From: Bigelowiella natans CCMP2755
Taxonomy: Eukaryota; Protista; Cercozoa
DNA length: 39,529 bases
NCBI GenBank assembly: GCA_000320545.1
Contig: ADNK01001185.1
Location: 1 to 39,529 of the forward strand
Reading direction: 5' to 3'
Of the stretch, positions 38,087 to 39,529 are shown one piece after another. A program made the position numbers and the translations under genes. Below the pieces are notes generated by a model, which had not been told where the DNA came from, searched no databases, and saw only the letters and a program-made list of their open reading frames with translations. How positions within the stretch are numbered: position 1 is the stretch's first letter; every line of letters starts with the position of its first letter.

Positions 38087-39529
38087 GGTAACTGGTCACT
38101 ATTGGGACCCTCGTTTCCCACGTTTGCTGACGTCGGAGCAGCTTCGAGCCCTCAGAGAAGCAAGTTCGGATGAGAACGCTCTCTACTTATCACCCCAAAG
38201 CAGCTGTACTACCGACGAATGTAGACATCGATCTTGCCGTTTGTACGCATCAGCGCAGCATGAGAAGCCTCTGTCTAGCCAGCCCTGCTCTCTGCTTTCC
38301 CCCCTTTACACGTACATATAGGTATTGTTATTTTGTAAACACTAATTGCGTTCATCTGCCCCTCCTTCCTAGCCTCGGATTCAGCGCTAACACCAAAAAG
38401 ACCTCTTCTCGTGGCCGACCTCACTTGCGACATTGGAGGTAGAAACATGTTTGCTGCCTGTCACAGCATTGGCTAGTAGAAAGAGGGAAATAAGTGCTCT
38501 ACACATGACTTAAATGTAGAGGGGGCGAATGGGGGGCGGGGGGGACGGGGAGGTACAGTCGCTACGCAATTGCTAGCATATCTACTGGAAACGATTGATC
38601 CGTCTTGACGTTGATATCTTGCCTCGTCGCTCCCAAGATGCTGCCATCGCAGCTATTTGATGGAATTTCCAACAACACAACAACAACAACGCTAAGCGCT
38701 ATGATCATTAGGATCAATGGAGTTCCTCACTCATACGACGGAGCCGCACGCGCCGTTCTACCTTGTCAAACCAACGGAAGAAGGCGTAAGGCATCTGCTC
38801 TCGATGATGCTGCTGATCCTGATGACGATGTCAACGATGATGAAGATGATGATGTTTGCCGTGAGAGAAGGCGTCTATGATCAAGTGAAATTATGGGCGA
38901 TGGGGGTGGTGGGAAAATAGAGACTGGCCACGAATCAGACCACAGCTTTCGTATCGTCGCTAGCCAGGGAAAGAAACATCATGCTTATTCTAATAGCACC
39001 CTGCATTGTTGGCTCTATCCTCTTCGCCTTCGTTTAGGAGCCGTCCTTGGAGGGGGGGGGGCAGAAACTTATGGTGTCGACGGTACAGAAGACTCTTTCT
39101 CTCCCTCGCCCATTATCTCTAAATTGCTACAATTACTTTATGCTAATGATCCTTCCTCCTCCTCCACCTCCTCCTCCTCCTCCTCCTCCTCCTCCTCCTC
39201 TGTCACTTATCTCTTTGATTAGGAACAAGGGCTGATGGGGAATCCTGACCACATTGCGATGATGGGCTTGGACATTCTACCATCCTGGTAAGAAGACGGG
39301 ATAACGAGGCTTACGCCGCAGACTAGTCCTAATCGTCATAGTTAATATGCTCATGCTATTGTAGCGGTACCAATATAACTGGCAAGTAATAAGCCTCAAC
39401 GAAAATGAAAACAAAAATAGGAAGAGCCTCCGATAATTGACCGAGAAAGCAGTTCTGGGATGTACATGGACACATGGCCTCGTTTAACAATAAGAGTGTG
39501 TGCAGTGCAGAATGTAAAATTCTGTCGAT
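34893..39529 (+). CDS. AASS: Alpha-aminoadipic semialdehyde synthase (LKR/SDH), LKR-domain exons; continues past window end
   Basis: Ordered exons: IGIVRETYNAWERRSPLTPNHV, VRVLVEPS..RVFTDNE, GAEITHDLAEASVIFGVKQIP..KTYLFFSHTIK, GQKENMKLLD..IRLIDY, RRLVAFGSFAGRAGM, GLGERLLGLGYSTPFL, PLVFVFTG|TGNVSKGAREVFELLPH, FHRDIAPYASVI, YWDPRFPRLLT, VADLTCDIG, SMEFL, MMGLDILPS (to ~39286). The SDH half is not in the window, so bifunctionality is assumed. Confidence 0.93.

Overview
Intron-rich eukaryotic nuclear DNA. A plastid-type protein with a signal-peptide-led presequence suggests an alga with a complex plastid (chlorarachniophyte-like; inference only). Genes, left to right: the 3' end of a CorA/ALR-type Mg2+ transporter (+); a two-exon Cys-rich scramblase-like protein (-); oligopeptidase B (-); an orphan signal-peptide/coiled-coil gene (+); a ~2114-aa multidomain protein with three CbbX/SpoVK-type AAA+ modules (+); a plastid-type NAD(P)-binding Rossmann protein (-); and the 5' part of lysine-ketoglutarate reductase/saccharopine dehydrogenase (AASS, +). 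Most introns of the housekeeping genes are filled with microsatellites, including long (TA)n runs. The strongest unexplained signal is the opposite pattern between genes: sharply bounded tracts almost devoid of TpA. I count 3 TpA in ~3.4 kb at 11809-15204, all inside CTAG, while CpG is retained. This tract holds a Ty1/Copia relic and a UBA+ankyrin gene fossil whose broken consensus residues are repaired by CA->TA reversion. It looks like a context-specific T>C/A>G hypermutation acting on repeats or silenced DNA, opposite in direction to fungal RIP. All counts were made by eye and all family assignments come from motif recognition, not database searches.
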